Positions 38,620 to 51,900 of a stretch of DNA of 64,000 bases are shown here, piece by piece. Made by a program: the position numbers and the translations under genes. The notes under the pieces were generated by a model. It saw only the letters and a program-made list of their open reading frames with translations, did no database searches and was not told where the DNA came from. Source of the DNA: an uncultured Bacteroidia bacterium (lineage in GTDB: Bacteria > Bacteroidota > Bacteroidia > J057 > CALLMJ01); contig CALLNY010000031.1 of NCBI GenBank assembly GCA_938005475.1, forward strand, positions 1 to 64,000, read 5' to 3'. Within the stretch, counting starts at the first letter, position 1, and each line of letters starts with the position of its first letter.

Positions 38620-39111
38620 TTAGTCGTCATCAATTTTAGTTTTCTTATGTTTTTTAAAAATGGTAGTATTAGAGTTTCTTATTTCAGTATGTCTTATTTC
38701 ACCTCCTGTGGTTCCCGTTTCTTTGCCAAAGTAAAGGGTAATCAACCCCAATACCAAAATTGCGATACTGATCATATTAGAGTATTTTTTTTGTTTAACA
38801 CTCAACCATAATCCCAACAAAGCAAACAAACCAAGTAGATAAGTCAAAATAGAAAAAATTTTTGCGGATTTTTCATGTTTTTCGATGTATATTTCGTTGA
38901 TTTCAGGAATGTTTTCAACAAAATTTTCTGCATTTTCTCCACTTATCATTGCAAGAACAGAGGTTATAGCGGCTAAAATAAAAAGTAGAAAAGCGGTTCT
39001 TTTTACAATTTCTGATTGAAAAATAAATCCTGTGGTCAGCACGATTATTCCTGCGATAGGAAAAATGATTGGGAAATGATTTATAATTAAATGAAAATGA
39101 GCTTGGTTCAT
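38620..39111 (-). CDS. Hypothetical membrane protein (4 TM)
   Basis: Hydrophobicity pattern only. Confidence 0.35.
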   Translation of the reverse strand: MNQAHFHLIINHFPIIFPIAGIIVLTTGFIFQSEIVKRTAFLLFILAAITSVLAMISGENAENFVENIPEINEIYIEKHEKSAKIFSILTYLLGLFALLGLWLSVKQKKYSNMISIAILVLGLITLYFGKETGTTGGEIRHTEIRNSNTTIFKKHKKTKIDDD

Positions 39112-39126
39112 ATTATATAGTTTTTT

Positions 39127-40413
39127 TTATTTCAAATTAAAATTTTTTATGGCATGTAAAGTTTTTTCTATTTCATCGGCATGAATAGCTGCGGATACAA
39201 ACCATGCCTCAAATTGAGAGGGAGCACCATAGATACCATTTTCTAGTAAATGATGAAAAAACTTTGCATATAATTGAGTATCACTAGTTTTAGCATCGTT
39301 TAAATTACGAACTTGTTCTAATGTAGTGAAGAAAATGGTAAACATTGAGCCTATTCTTTGAATACAATGGGGTATTCCTTTGCGGAGAAGAATGTTACGA
39401 ATTTCGGTTTCTAGAACGAAGCTATGAGCTTCTAATTGGTGGTAGACTTCGGGGTGATTTTTTAGATATTGAAGAACGGTAAGACCGGCAGTCATGGCTA
39501 GGGGATTACCGGAGAGTGTACCAGCTTGATAAACAGGACCTTTGGGGGCAATGCAATCCATAATTTCTTTTTTCCCGCCATAAGCACCAACGGGTAAACC
39601 ACCTCCAATGATTTTACCAAAAGTGGTAAGGTCAGGTTTTATATTTAGAATTTCTTGGGCTCCTCCCAGCGCTAATCGGAATCCCGTCATTACTTCATCA
39701 AAGATTAAAATAATTTTATGTTCATCACAGAGTTTACGTAGCCCAAAAATGAATTCTTTTTGGGGAATGACTAATCCCATGTTTCCGACAAAAGGTTCAA
39801 GAATAATTGCTGCGATACTATTAGGATTTGCTTGTATAATTTTTATAACCGCTTGCAAATCGTTATAAGGTGCTGTTAATGTGTCCTGTGCAGTTGCTTG
39901 TGTAACTCCTTTAGAGTCTGGTGTTCCAAAGGTTAGCGCTCCAGAACCTGCGGCAATTAAAAAACTATCGCCATGCCCATGATAACAACCTTCAAATTTT
40001 ATAATTTTATTTCGTTCAGTGAATCCTCTTGCTGCACGAATGGCTGACATAGTCGCCTCGGTTCCTGAATTTACCATTCTAATTACTTCTATTGAAGGAA
40101 CTAGCTCGGTTATCAATTTGGCCATTTCATATTCTAATTCTGTTGGTGTTCCAAAGCCAATTCCTTTTTGAATTTGAACTTGTAAAGCTTCTATAATTAT
40201 ATCGGGTGTATGCCCTAAAATAGCAGGACCCCATGAATTGATATAATCAATATAGGCATTTCCATCAACATCATACAAATATGCACCTTTAGCTTTTTCC
40301 ATAAAGATAGGTGTGCCTCCAACACTTTTGAACGCTCTCACAGGTGAATTTACGCCTCCAGGTATGTATTCTTGAGATAATTGAAATAATTGTTTGCTTT
40401 TTTCTATCTGCAT
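39127..40413 (-). CDS. hemL: Glutamate-1-semialdehyde 2,1-aminomutase
   Basis: The N-terminus is EYIPGGVNSPVRAF. A class-III PLP aminotransferase fold is present, with the PLP-lysine region FGKIIGGGLPVGAYGG. Confidence 0.85.
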   Translation of the reverse strand: MQIEKSKQLFQLSQEYIPGGVNSPVRAFKSVGGTPIFMEKAKGAYLYDVDGNAYIDYINSWGPAILGHTPDIIIEALQVQIQKGIGFGTPTELEYEMAKLITELVPSIEVIRMVNSGTEATMSAIRAARGFTERNKIIKFEGCYHGHGDSFLIAAGSGALTFGTPDSKGVTQATAQDTLTAPYNDLQAVIKIIQANPNSIAAIILEPFVGNMGLVIPQKEFIFGLRKLCDEHKIILIFDEVMTGFRLALGGAQEILNIKPDLTTFGKIIGGGLPVGAYGGKKEIMDCIAPKGPVYQAGTLSGNPLAMTAGLTVLQYLKNHPEVYHQLEAHSFVLETEIRNILLRKGIPHCIQRIGSMFTIFFTTLEQVRNLNDAKTSDTQLYAKFFHHLLENGIYGAPSQFEAWFVSAAIHADEIEKTLHAIKNFNLK

Positions 40414-40822
40414 AAATAACTCAAAATAATATATTGTGTTACGGGATAGTCTTTATCATCAAATTCTATGTACTGAACTATAGTCATATCAAAAATACTT
40501 AATATTTTCTTTAAAGCGTTTGTTTTACTTTTTTCTTGATAGCAGGAATTTGAATGATGATAGCGAGATGATTTACAGCAATAAAAATGGTGATAATGGG
40601 GACAGGATTTTTTGTTTTTAGGTTATCACGGTTGACATATTGGTTACCGATGTAAGATCTGAACCTAAAACTTTGATTATGAAATTTAATTTTTTGTAAT
40701 TCAATGAGAATAACCCAAGGGGAGGTATCTTGTAGTTTAATTTTAGGTTTAAAATCCATTCTATGGATGGAGAAGTATTTTATTAGACTGCTGTGTTCTT
40801 GTCGTTTAGCGATGATCATAAA

Positions 40823-42451
40823 TCAATTTACTTCTATTTTAGTATAGAATTTATCTGTTTCTGCGGTCATTTGAAAGCCAATTTGTTCAAATAAACGAAT
40901 GTAGGGTTCATTTTTTTGAATACTTTGCCAGGTTAAAGTAGAAACATAATTGGGTAATAGGGGATATAAATTATTCATGTTCAGATAAGAATATATTGAG
41001 CTTTGCGCTTTAAAGCGGTCTGAAAAATTTTGGAAACTTTCATGGTTTTGTAAAATACGTTTTTCTAGGTAATCATCAATAGCAGACTGTAGGGCTAGTT
41101 CGTCTAAGGAAAAAATAACAAAATCTTCTATAAAGGTTACATAAGGCATATCAAATTTTTGGAAAAGTTTTCCAAATAAAAGTTTAAATAAACCTCTGAC
41201 CTGAAAATGATGAATTTCGAAGCCTTTATAATCATAAGCTGTATTTTTGATAACTTTTGTACGTTTTTTGATTTGTTTTAAAATAAAATTGATTTTTTCT
41301 TTGGCGTTGTCAATATTATTAGCATGAATATAAACGAGAAGTTCAGGTTGGGAGAAGGAGGTATCGGCGGGTTTTGTTGCTACCAAATTTACTTCCTCGC
41401 TAATCCAACTTACAAAGTCTTTTTTGATATTGATTTTAAGAAGTTTTTCTATTTTTTCTAGATTTTGTTGGTGTTCAGCGTAAGTCTGTGGATTTTTTTT
41501 CATTTGGCTTTCAAATTCTTCATAGAATTGTAAGAAATCTTCGAAGCCGAGACTAGTAAACCATGCGGTTCTATCCGGTATTATTTTTTGGGAGGGCCTT
41601 TTACCTGCACCAGAAGTAAGCATACCGGTTAAAATAGAAATGGAACTATCTTTTGGTAGTATATAGCCTTTAAAGTCAAGCATTTTAGCATCCAGTAGCA
41701 ATTGAAAACCTGCAAAATCTACCCATTTATGCATATCTTTAAGGCTTCCCAAGTCATTCATATAAATACTTAAAAAAGCATTAAATTGATTAAAATTAAA
41801 GTAGATAGTAAAATATTCATTTCCTTTTATTAGACTTTGGATTTTAATAAAACGACTATTGTCAGCGAGTTCAGGTTTTTGAGCGGCTTCAATTGCTTTG
41901 TAAACAAGTTTAGGAGTATAGGATACCAATAGAATATCTTCAAAGAAACAAAGATATAAAGCGGACTTTTCTTGGGGATGGGTTAGTTCATAAAGGATTT
42001 GATTTTTATAATTTCGTTCTGTAACTTTATAATCAGAGAGGGAGAGTAAAGTTTTTTTTAAAGAGCCTAACCTTGTTGCGATATCATGCATAGACCAAAT
42101 ACATAAGAAATCGTAATTTTTGGTTTCGGTCATATGGGCTGATATGATTAAGGGTTGATTTGCAAAGGTTTCTGTCATCAATTGGTTATTTTTCAATAAG
42201 GAGTCAACGAAGTTAGCTTTCTGATTGATATCAGCGAAGTAGGTATGATTTCTTAGTTGTGCCCAGAGTTCACTTTTTTGAATTTGCTTCCATCCGCTGA
42301 TAGGTTGAGTGATTTCTATAATATAGATAGCATCTTGAGGAACAAGATTCATAGAACGTATATGTAAAACAGGAAACCATTGCAAATAAGCGTAGAAACC
42401 TAAAATTCCTGCTCCAATTAAAATTAAAAGAATACCCAAAAAACGTTTCAT
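40823..42451 (-). CDS. DUF3352-like membrane-anchored protein
   Basis: An N-terminal signal anchor is followed by a large soluble domain. No catalytic motifs were recognised. Confidence 0.35.
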   Translation of the reverse strand: MKRFLGILLILIGAGILGFYAYLQWFPVLHIRSMNLVPQDAIYIIEITQPISGWKQIQKSELWAQLRNHTYFADINQKANFVDSLLKNNQLMTETFANQPLIISAHMTETKNYDFLCIWSMHDIATRLGSLKKTLLSLSDYKVTERNYKNQILYELTHPQEKSALYLCFFEDILLVSYTPKLVYKAIEAAQKPELADNSRFIKIQSLIKGNEYFTIYFNFNQFNAFLSIYMNDLGSLKDMHKWVDFAGFQLLLDAKMLDFKGYILPKDSSISILTGMLTSGAGKRPSQKIIPDRTAWFTSLGFEDFLQFYEEFESQMKKNPQTYAEHQQNLEKIEKLLKINIKKDFVSWISEEVNLVATKPADTSFSQPELLVYIHANNIDNAKEKINFILKQIKKRTKVIKNTAYDYKGFEIHHFQVRGLFKLLFGKLFQKFDMPYVTFIEDFVIFSLDELALQSAIDDYLEKRILQNHESFQNFSDRFKAQSSIYSYLNMNNLYPLLPNYVSTLTWQSIQKNEPYIRLFEQIGFQMTAETDKFYTKIEVN

Positions 42452-42690
42452 AGTTACTAGTTTTGAAAATGTTCTGTAAAATCTTGATTATAATGTTGAT
42501 GGTAGATTTTATTCATTTTTTGAGCGATGATTTTGGGAGATTTTTTTATTAGGGTGTTTTCTACTTCCCTACTTATACCATTAGGATATTCTTTTTTACT
42601 GCGATGCCCTTTAAGGTACATTAGTAATTTTACTTCTTTTTTCACAAATAATTTATTTTTGAGAAGCAGTAACTGTTTGGAATATGATAT

Positions 42691-43206
42691 TCATATGGTT
42701 GTTTTTAAGTTGAGGGATCGGTGATACAGATGGTAGGATCCAAAGAAAAAAATTGTATATAGGACATCCCCAACTAGGGCATTTTGGTAAAAAGGGATAG
42801 CCATTATATAACATTGAGTCAATCCATTCCATGAAATTTCATACATACCAGAACCTAACCAAACAGCAAAGTTAGTAATGAGGAAGAATGCGAAACTAGA
42901 GGATAATGAGGCAAAAATAGTTGGTATAAATTGAAATTTTTGTATATTTAAGAAAGTGCCAATAAAAACCGATATTAGTATAGCAAGATAAGTAATTTCA
43001 ATTCCCTGATAGAATCCTATAAAAGCATCCGATATAAGCATTGCCAGTAGGGGGGTAATAGATTTAAAAAGTTTGGAGGGGAAATAAGCACCACTGAATA
43101 AAGCAATTGCAATAATGGGCGTAAAGTTAGCGGGATGAGGCATTAACCTAAAAATAACTCCTAACAGAACTAAAACTAATCCTATAATGAAATCTTTTTT
43201 GTTCAT
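42691..43206 (-). CDS. Hypothetical polytopic membrane protein (5 TM)
   Basis: Hydrophobicity pattern only. Confidence 0.35.
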   Translation of the reverse strand: MNKKDFIIGLVLVLLGVIFRLMPHPANFTPIIAIALFSGAYFPSKLFKSITPLLAMLISDAFIGFYQGIEITYLAILISVFIGTFLNIQKFQFIPTIFASLSSSFAFFLITNFAVWLGSGMYEISWNGLTQCYIMAIPFYQNALVGDVLYTIFFFGSYHLYHRSLNLKTTI

Positions 43207-43287
43207 TTTTTTATTTATTTTAGAACTACAAAATTACAGAAAAGTTTTGTAATAAAACAAAAATAAAAATTAAGGCAGAAAATAATA

Positions 43288-43551
43288 TTAGATAAGTTTA
43301 CCTATAATTTTTAGGTTTTTAAAAACGTAGTCGGTATGGGGTGCATTTTGGAGTTCGTGGGTAAGGTCTTGCCCAGCCCAGTGTTCGTAGTGTTTTCCAT
43401 TTATCCAATACCTACTATGAGTGACATCGTAGATAAAACCTTTGTAGGCAATCCAGATTTCGGGTTTATCGTTTCCATTACGTAATGCTAACTGATAAAT
43501 ATTGTATTGAGGTAAATCGTTCATGAACAAGGTTAATTTAATAATTGCCAA
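43288..43551 (-). CDS. Small cytochrome-b5-like heme/steroid-binding domain protein (tentative)
   Basis: The pattern [13 protein letters not shown]...[19 protein letters not shown] resembles the b5 fold consensus (YDVT...HPGG...AG.DAT). It overlaps the obg start by 19 nt. Confidence 0.3.
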   Translation of the reverse strand: MAIIKLTLFMNDLPQYNIYQLALRNGNDKPEIWIAYKGFIYDVTHSRYWINGKHYEHWAGQDLTHELQNAPHTDYVFKNLKIIGKLI

Positions 43552-44510
43552 AGGCGGTCTTTTAGTTCTTCTATATTTTGTTGAGTTACTGCGGAGATAA
43601 ATACGGCATCGGGGAATAGTTTTTTTAGTTTTTTAATATCTTGGTTACCAATTAAATCACATTTAGAAATTGCGACGAGAGAGGCTTTAAAATCTAATGC
43701 TTGGTTATATTGGTGTAGTTCATTTTTTAGGATTTGCAGTTCTTTTAGGGGGTTATCCGAGTTAGCAGGAATTAGGAACAGAAGCACTGCATTTCTTTCA
43801 ATATGTCTGAGAAATTGGAATCCAAGTCCTTTGCCTTCATGGGCTCCTTCAATAATTCCAGGGATATCTGCGATAGCAAAAGATTGAAAATCTTTATATT
43901 TAACGATTCCGAGATTAGGGACGAGCGTAGTAAAAGGATAGTCAGCGATTTCGGGTTTAGCAGAAGTGAGGACGGAGAGTAAAGTAGATTTTCCTGCATT
44001 CGGGAAACCGACCAGTCCTACATCGGCTAGAACTTTGAGTTCTAATATAACTTTTTTTTCTTGGGCGGGTTGCCCTTTTTGAGCGAAGTCAGGGGTTTGA
44101 TTGGTAGAAGAACGAAAATGCCAGTTTCCTAAACCACCTTTGCCTCCTTCAACGATGATAATTTCTTGTTGGTCTTCTAAGATTTCTCCGATAGTTTCTT
44201 GCGTATCGGCATCATAAATTACGGTACCTAATGGGACTTCTAAAATTTCATTTTTACCGGATTTTCCTTTTCGTTTTCCGCTTTCACCATTTTTACCATC
44301 TTCGGCTTTGATAAATTTTCTGTATTTTAGGTCTAATAATGTCCACAATTGTGCATTTCCTTTTGCGATGATAGAGCCACCTTTTCCGCCATCTCCTCCA
44401 TCAGGTCCTCCTTTATCTACAAATTTTTCTCTTCGCCAGGATACCACTCCATCTCCTCCTTTTCCGGAGGTTAGATATAAAACGACATGGTCTACAAAAG
44501 GACTTTTCAT
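43533..44510 (-). CDS. obg: GTPase Obg/CgtA
   Basis: An N-terminal Obg fold (GGDGGKGGS) and G-domain motifs ([13 protein letters not shown]) are present. Confidence 0.85.
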   Translation of the reverse strand: MKSPFVDHVVLYLTSGKGGDGVVSWRREKFVDKGGPDGGDGGKGGSIIAKGNAQLWTLLDLKYRKFIKAEDGKNGESGKRKGKSGKNEILEVPLGTVIYDADTQETIGEILEDQQEIIIVEGGKGGLGNWHFRSSTNQTPDFAQKGQPAQEKKVILELKVLADVGLVGFPNAGKSTLLSVLTSAKPEIADYPFTTLVPNLGIVKYKDFQSFAIADIPGIIEGAHEGKGLGFQFLRHIERNAVLLFLIPANSDNPLKELQILKNELHQYNQALDFKASLVAISKCDLIGNQDIKKLKKLFPDAVFISAVTQQNIEELKDRLWQLLN

Positions 44511-44539
44511 GAATGCAAATATAGCTTAAAGAAAAATAA

Positions 44540-44576
44540 AAAAACCGCCTATGAATTATTAGGCGGCTTTTTATTG
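44540..44576. terminator. Bidirectional-looking rho-independent terminator between rpoC and obg
   Basis: The hairpin AAACCGCCTA-tgaatta-TTAGGCGGCTTTTT has an A-run on one side and a T-run on the other. Confidence 0.5.
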
Positions 44577-44581
44577 GGCTA

Positions 44582-47500
44582 TTAAATTTCAAGTTTGGAT
44601 TTCTTTTTGGATTTTGTGAGGGTTGGGGTGGGGGGTTCAGGGGCTGTTTCTTTTTGAAGGATTTCTATATTTTCGTATTGTCTTAATCCAGTGCCAGCAG
44701 GAATTAGATGCCCAACAATTACATTTTCTTTCAGGCCATTTAGGTTATCGGTTTTAGCAAGTACAGCGGCTTCGCTCAATACTTTAGTAGTTTCTTGGAA
44801 TGAAGCTGCAGACATAAAACTTTGTGTTCCTAAAGAAGCCCTGGTAATACCTTGAAGAGTAGGGATTCCGATAGCGGGTCTTGCATCGCGGTACTGTACT
44901 AAACGTAGCCCCTTTCTTTTGAGCATAGAATTTTCATCTCGCACTTTTCGTGAAGGAACTATCATACCTTTTACTAAAGATTCAGAATCGCCGGGGTCTT
45001 CAATAACTTTTTTATCAAAAATCCAGTCATTTTCTTCTTGGAATTCAACTTTATCTACAATTTCTTTTTCCAAGAAAGTTGTATCACCTGAATCTTTAAT
45101 AACGACTTTTTGCATCATTTGGCGTACAATGACTTCAATATGTTTGTCATTAATTTTAACTCCTTGTAAACGATAGACTTCCTGAATTTCATTTACAATA
45201 TACTCTTGTACTGCGGCTGAGCCTTTGATTCTGAGAATATCGGATGGAGTAATAGCACCATCCGATAACGGGTCACCAGCAAGTACGTAATCATTGTCCT
45301 GTACAAGGATGTGTTTTTGAAGAGAAACTAAATAAGGTTTTAAATTAAGGCTTGCAAGATTTAACTCGCCAGAATCAATTAGTTCTTTGTATTGTTTGGG
45401 AATGATATAAATTTCACGGTTTCCACGTTTGGTTTTTCCTAAATGGATATAACCATCAATTTCAGCAATTACAGCAGGATTAGAGGGATTTCTTGCTTCA
45501 AATAGCTCTTGAACTCTTGGTAAGCCTCCAGTGATATCGGAAGTTCTTCCTGCAACTCTGGGTATTTTTGCTAAAATCTTTCCAGGAAAGACTTCTGTTT
45601 GGTCGTTCACTTCTAAGTGCGCGTTGATTGGTAGGTTATAAATTTTAGTGACTTCCCCATTTTTATTAATGATGCGTATCATGGGATTCAAAGACCTGTC
45701 TTTACTTTCCGTGATAATAGTTTTAGAGTTACCAGTTTGGTCGTCTTTTTCTATTTTACAAGTAACATTCTCAATAATGTTTTCAAATTCAACTCTTCCT
45801 TCAACTTCTGACAAGATAATTGCGTTGTAGGCATCCCAAGAGCAGATAATAGTATCTTTTTCTATTTCTTGTCCATCATGGACCAATAAAGTAGAGGCGT
45901 ATGGGATATTATGGACTTTGAATACTTTATTGGGGTTGTTGGGGTCTACTAATTTTATTTCGCCGCCGCGGCCTATGACAATCATTTGGTTTTTCTTTCC
46001 ATCATCAGTTTGGGCTTTCACGAATTTTATATTCTCAAAGATTACTTTAGAGTGATATTTAGATTTAATGGAGGATTCCGCAGATAAACGGCTAGCGGCA
46101 CCACCTGTATGGAAAGTTCGTAGGGTCAATTGAGTACCTGGCTCTCCAATCGATTGAGCGGCAATAACTCCTACTGCTTCGCCTAATTGAACCATTCTTC
46201 CATTCGCTAAATTTCTACCGTAACATTTTGCACATACCCCTTCTTTTGCGTCGCAAGTTAAAACAGAACGTATTTCTACGGACTCAATCTCTGCGGCTTT
46301 AATTTTTTCTGCAATTTCCTCCGTAATTTCTTCACCTGCTTTTACAATTAGTTCATCAGTAATAGGGTGATAAATATCATTTAAGGGGGTTCTTCCTATA
46401 ATTCTTTCGGATAAATGTTCTACAATTTCATCATTTTGGATAATCGAGGTAATTGTTATTCCACGTAAAGTTCCGCAGTCTTCTTCTTTGATGATAACAT
46501 CTTGGGCTACATCTACCAATCTCCTTGTTAAATACCCTGCATCTGCTGTTTTCAGTGCAGTATCTGCCAAACCTTTTCTTGCACCGTGAGTAGAAATAAA
46601 ATATTCAAGCACCGTCAGTCCTTCACGAAAGTTCGATAAGATAGGATTTTCAATAATCTCACCAGAACCACCTTTTAAGGTTTTTTGGGGTTTCGCCATG
46701 AGCCCTCTCATCCCCCCTAATTGACGTATCTGCTCTTTTGAACCACGAGCTCCTGAATCCAACATCATAAATACAGAGTTGAAACCGTCTTGGTCTTTAC
46801 TAAGTACTTTTAATACCTCTGCCGCTAATTGAGTATTGGCAATACTCCATGTATCTATGACTTGGTTATATCGTTCATTTTCTGTAATAAAGCCTAATTG
46901 ATAGTTGAGTGTAATTTCATCTATTTTGGAGTAAGCATCCTCAATAATATCTTTTTTCTTTTCGGGAACAAGCACATTTTTTAAGTTAAAAGATAAGCCG
47001 CCTTTATATGCGTAATAGAACCCCATTTCTTTGAGGTTGTCTAAAAACACTACGGTTCTTTTTAGTCCACATCTTCTGAATATATCTTGAATGATTTTTC
47101 TTGCAGAGCTTTTGGTTAAAAGGGTATTAACAAAACCTATTTCTTTAGGGACAATTTGATTAAATAATACTCTACCGACAGTAGTATTGATGATTTCTGT
47201 TTGAATTTTACCTGTTCTTGTATCGATAATGGGATTTCCTTTTTCATCATATTGGGGGATACGGACTTTTATTTTGGCATGCAAAGCCACTCGTCCTTCA
47301 TTGTAAGCAACAATAACTTCATCAGGGTTGGAGAAGATAAGATTTTCACCTTTTTGGTTAGGTCGCTCTTTGGTCATATAATAAATACCCAACACCATAT
47401 CTTGGGAGGGTAGAGCGATGGGCGCTCCATTAGCAGGATGCAAAATATTATGGCTTGAAAGCATCAACACCATGGCTTCTAGGCAAGCTTCGTTACTTAA

Positions 47501-48952
47501 AGGGACATGCACTGCCATTTGGTCACCATCAAAATCTGCATTGAAGCCTGTACAGACCAATGGGTGTAACTGAATGGCTTTTCCTTCAATGAGTTTCGGT
47601 TGGAAGGCTTGAATCCCTAATCTGTGAAGTGTTGGAGCGCGATTTAAAAGAACGGGATGCCCCTTTAAAACGTTTTCCAATATTTCCCAAATAACCGCTT
47701 CTTTTTTATCTACAATTTTTTTGGCTGTTTTAACGGTTTTAGCAATTCCCCTTTCCAGTAATTTTCTGATAATGAAAGGCTTAAATAACTCTGCTGCCAT
47801 ATCTTTTGGCAGACCACATTCATGTAGTTTTAGTTCAGGACCTACCACAATAACAGAACGTCCCGAATAATCTACTCTTTTACCAAGTAGATTTTGGCGA
47901 AAACGACCTGTCTTCCCTTTAAGCATATCACTTAAAGACTTCAGGACTCTGTTAGATTCGGTTTTAGCGGCGCTCGCTTTTCGGGTATTATCAAATAACG
48001 AGTCTACAGCCTCTTGAAGCATTCTTTTTTCATTTCGTAGAATAACATCAGGAGCATTGGCTTCGATAAGTTTTTTTAGTCGGTTATTACGAATAATAAT
48101 TCTTCGGTATAAATCATTCAAATCGGATGCGGCAAACCTTCCACCTTCTAACGCAACTAAGGGTCTTAAATCGGGTGGTATAACAGGAACCATTCGTACT
48201 AACATCCATTCAGGCCTATTTTCTTTATTTCTATTTGCGGACCGAAACGCTTCTATAACTTTTAATCTTTTCAAAGCTTCGGTTTTTCTTTGTTGGGAGG
48301 TTTCTGTGCTAATTTGGGATCTTAATTCGTACGCTAAAGCATCTAAATCTAATGATTGAAGTAATAATTCTATTGCTTCAGCTCCCATTTTGGCAACAAA
48401 TTTCTCGGGGTCTGTATCTTCTCTCAAATAATTGTCTCGTGGTAAGGATTGGAGAATTTCTTCATACTCACTCTCGGTAAGAAAATCACCTTTTGAAAGA
48501 TGCTGAACTGTCCCTGGGTTGATAACCACATAACGTTCGTAATAGATTACTTGGTCTAATTTTTTGGCGTTCCAACCCAACAAATTTCCTATTTTATTAG
48601 GTTGAGAACGGAAATACCAAATGTGAGCAACAGGAATAACTAACTGTATGTGCCCCATACGGTCTCTTCTTACTTTTTTTTCGGTTACTTCTACACCGCA
48701 TCGGTCACAAATAATTCCTTTATAACGAACACGCTTGTATTTACCGCAATGGCATTCATAGTCTTTAATAGGACCAAAAATACGCTCACAAAATAAACCG
48801 CCCATTTCAGGTTTATAGGAACGATAGTTAATGGTCTCTGGTTTGGTAACTTCTCCTCTAGAACGATTTAATATAGATTCTGGGGAAGCTAAACTAATCG
48901 TAATTTTTTTGAAATCACTTCTAATTTTTGTATCTTTTGTGGTTGTAAACAT
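44582..48952 (-). CDS. rpoC: DNA-directed RNA polymerase subunit beta'
   Basis: [14 protein letters not shown] is the Mg-binding motif. The zinc-finger is CxxC...CxxC, and the protein is 1456 aa. Confidence 0.95.
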   Translation of the reverse strand: MFTTTKDTKIRSDFKKITISLASPESILNRSRGEVTKPETINYRSYKPEMGGLFCERIFGPIKDYECHCGKYKRVRYKGIICDRCGVEVTEKKVRRDRMGHIQLVIPVAHIWYFRSQPNKIGNLLGWNAKKLDQVIYYERYVVINPGTVQHLSKGDFLTESEYEEILQSLPRDNYLREDTDPEKFVAKMGAEAIELLLQSLDLDALAYELRSQISTETSQQRKTEALKRLKVIEAFRSANRNKENRPEWMLVRMVPVIPPDLRPLVALEGGRFAASDLNDLYRRIIIRNNRLKKLIEANAPDVILRNEKRMLQEAVDSLFDNTRKASAAKTESNRVLKSLSDMLKGKTGRFRQNLLGKRVDYSGRSVIVVGPELKLHECGLPKDMAAELFKPFIIRKLLERGIAKTVKTAKKIVDKKEAVIWEILENVLKGHPVLLNRAPTLHRLGIQAFQPKLIEGKAIQLHPLVCTGFNADFDGDQMAVHVPLSNEACLEAMVLMLSSHNILHPANGAPIALPSQDMVLGIYYMTKERPNQKGENLIFSNPDEVIVAYNEGRVALHAKIKVRIPQYDEKGNPIIDTRTGKIQTEIINTTVGRVLFNQIVPKEIGFVNTLLTKSSARKIIQDIFRRCGLKRTVVFLDNLKEMGFYYAYKGGLSFNLKNVLVPEKKKDIIEDAYSKIDEITLNYQLGFITENERYNQVIDTWSIANTQLAAEVLKVLSKDQDGFNSVFMMLDSGARGSKEQIRQLGGMRGLMAKPQKTLKGGSGEIIENPILSNFREGLTVLEYFISTHGARKGLADTALKTADAGYLTRRLVDVAQDVIIKEEDCGTLRGITITSIIQNDEIVEHLSERIIGRTPLNDIYHPITDELIVKAGEEITEEIAEKIKAAEIESVEIRSVLTCDAKEGVCAKCYGRNLANGRMVQLGEAVGVIAAQSIGEPGTQLTLRTFHTGGAASRLSAESSIKSKYHSKVIFENIKFVKAQTDDGKKNQMIVIGRGGEIKLVDPNNPNKVFKVHNIPYASTLLVHDGQEIEKDTIICSWDAYNAIILSEVEGRVEFENIIENVTCKIEKDDQTGNSKTIITESKDRSLNPMIRIINKNGEVTKIYNLPINAHLEVNDQTEVFPGKILAKIPRVAGRTSDITGGLPRVQELFEARNPSNPAVIAEIDGYIHLGKTKRGNREIYIIPKQYKELIDSGELNLASLNLKPYLVSLQKHILVQDNDYVLAGDPLSDGAITPSDILRIKGSAAVQEYIVNEIQEVYRLQGVKINDKHIEVIVRQMMQKVVIKDSGDTTFLEKEIVDKVEFQEENDWIFDKKVIEDPGDSESLVKGMIVPSRKVRDENSMLKRKGLRLVQYRDARPAIGIPTLQGITRASLGTQSFMSAASFQETTKVLSEAAVLAKTDNLNGLKENVIVGHLIPAGTGLRQYENIEILQKETAPEPPTPTLTKSKKKSKLEI

Positions 48953-48986
48953 CCTAATTAAATTTAAGAAATTTGAATGAAAGCAA

Positions 48987-51900
48987 CTATTCTAACGTAA
49001 CTTCTAGTGCTAAACCTCTTAATTCGTGCAGTAACACGTTAAAAGATTCAGGGATTCCTGGTGTTGGGATTACATCTCCCCTTACAATTGCTTCGTAAGT
49101 TTTTTGTCTACCTATAACATCATCTGATTTAACGGTAATGAGCTCTCGGAGGATGTGCGCGGCACCAAATGCTTCCAAAGCCCATACTTCCATTTCTCCA
49201 AATCGTTGACCACCAAACTGGGATTTACCACCGAGTGGTTGTTGCGTAACCAAAGAGTAAGGACCAATGGAGCGAGCGTGCATTTTATCATCTACCATGT
49301 GTGCTAATTTAAGCATATAAATTACACCTACCGTAGCAGGCTGGTCAAATCTTTCTCCTGTCTGACCGTCATATAGATAGCATTGCCCAAATTCTGGTAA
49401 TCCAGCTTTTCTTAACCACTCATTTACGTTATCTATATTAGGACCATCAAAAATAGGAGTTGCAAATTTGACGCCTAACTTTTGTCCTGCCCAACCTAAA
49501 ATGGTTTCGTAAATTTGCCCAAGGTTCATTCTCGAAGGCACGCCTAATGGATTTAAGACGATATCCACAGGAGTTCCATCTTCCAAGAAAGGCATATCCT
49601 CTCTACGAACGATTTTTGAAATGATACCTTTATTACCGTGTCTACCCGCCATCTTATCCCCAACTTTTAATTTTCTTTTATTGGCAACATAAACTTTTGC
49701 CATTTTTAAAATACCAGATGGAAGCTCGTCTCCTATACTAATTTGATACTTATCTCTTTTATATTTACCATCAATTTTATAGAACTCAATTTTATAATTA
49801 TGAAAAAGTTTTTCTAGGATAGTATTAATTCTTTCATCGTTGGTCCAGTCTCTAGGTATCAACTCCTTATAATTCAGTCCGTATAAATATTTTTTAGAGA
49901 ACTTCTCATTTGCAGGGATAACGATATTTCCGAGTTCATCTTTTACGCCTGCGGATTTTCTATCTAATAAAAGCCGAGATAATCTATTATACATGAGCTC
50001 ATTCAGCTTCCCAATTTCAGTACGATACCATTTGTCTAGTTCGTCTAACTCTTTCTTTTCTTTGATTTTATTTTTAGCATCTTTTTTATCTTTCTTGAAG
50101 AGTTTTTTATCGATTACAACACCTTTGAAAGAGGGAGGGGCTTTTAGAGAGGCGTCTTTGACATCTCCTGCTTTATCTCCAAAAATAGCTTTTAATAGTT
50201 TTTCTTCGGGGGTAGGGTCAGTTTCTCCTTTTGGAGTGATTTTACCAATTAAAATATCCCCTTCATTTACTTCGGCTCCAATTCTTATTAAACCATTCTC
50301 ATCTAAATGTTTGGTTGCTTCTTCACTGACATTAGGAATTTCATTGGTTAGTTCTTCCTGTCCTAGCTTCGTATCTCTTACCTGTAACTCAAAAGCTTCT
50401 ATATGAATAGAAGTAAATAAATCTTCAGATACTACTCTTTCAGAAATTACAATAGCATCTTCAAAGTTATAACCCTGCCATGGCATAAAAGCAACCAAAA
50501 GATTCTGCCCGAGGCTTAGTTCTCCATTTTGGGTAGAATAACCTTCCGTTAAAATATCACCTTTTTCTACTTTATCTCCAATTTTTACAATTGGAGTAAT
50601 ATTGATACAGGTACTTTGATTGGTTCTCTGAAATTTCGGAAGATGATAAGTAACTACACCATCATCAAAATTTACAATTTCTTCATCAAAAGTTCTATTA
50701 TATTGGATTTTAATAACTTTGGAATCTACATAAACCACTTCACCATCTCCTTCTGCAACGATTAGCACCCTTGAATCCAAGGCGGCTTTTCTTTCTAGCC
50801 CTGTCCCTACAATCGGAGCACTAGGTCTTATCAGAGGAACTGCTTGGCGTTGCATATTAGAGCCCATTAAAGCACGATTGGCATCGTCATGTTCTAAAAA
50901 TGGAATTAAAGAAGCCGCTAAACTAACTATTTGGTTAGTAGCTACATCCATATACTGAACAGACTTTGACTCTATCATTGGGAAGTCCCCAGATTTTCTT
51001 GTTTGAACCTTCTCTTTAACAAAAGTATGATCATCGGATAAATCGTCTTTTTTTTGTGCTTGCGCTATATAAACATCATCTTCTTCTTCAGCTGTTAAGT
51101 AAACAATTTCCTTTAAAACTTTGCCATCTTTAACTTTCCAATAAGGAGTTTCAATAAAACCTAATGAATTTACTTTTGCATAAACGCATAATGATGAAAT
51201 CAGCCCAATGTTTGGACCTTCAGGAGTTTCAATAGGGCAGAGCCTTCCATAATGGGTATAGTGGACATCTCGCACCTCAAAACCCGCCCTTTCACGTGTT
51301 AAACCACCAGGACCTAAAGCAGATATTCTTCTTTTGTGGGTAATCTCTGAAAGAGGATTCGTCTGGTCCATAAATTGAGATAATTGAGAAGTACCAAAGA
51401 AAGAATTTATTACGGAACTTAAAATCTTAGAATTTATTAGGTCAGCAGGTGTAAATACCTCATTATCCCTAACATTCATTCGTTCTTTCATGGTACGAGT
51501 CATTCGTGAAAGCCCCACTGAAAATTGAGCCGCTAATTGCTCTCCAACGGTTCTTACTCTTCTATTACTCAAATGGTCTATATCATCTACATTCGCTTTA
51601 CTATTAACCAGTTCTATTAAATATTTTACGATGCTAATAATGTCATTTTTTGTTAATACTAGCGAGGTTTCTTCAAAATTTTTGTGAAGTCTTTTGTTAA
51701 TTCTATATCTTCCCACTTCACCTAAATCATATCTTTTTTCACTAAAAAATAACTTATCAATAATACCTCGTGCCGTTTCATCATCAGGAGCATCGGCATT
51801 TCTGAGTTGTCTATAAATATATTGGGCTGCTTCTAATTCATCATTAGAAACATCTTTCTGTAGAGTATTGATGATGATAGAATAATCCAAGAGACTGTTC

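Noticed and set aside
40511-40819. 102-aa ORF between hemL and the DUF3352-like gene
   Set aside because: Composition is low-complexity and hydrophobic with no recognisable motif, and it sits in what is probably the 3' UTR or promoter region. Confidence was too low to call it a gene.
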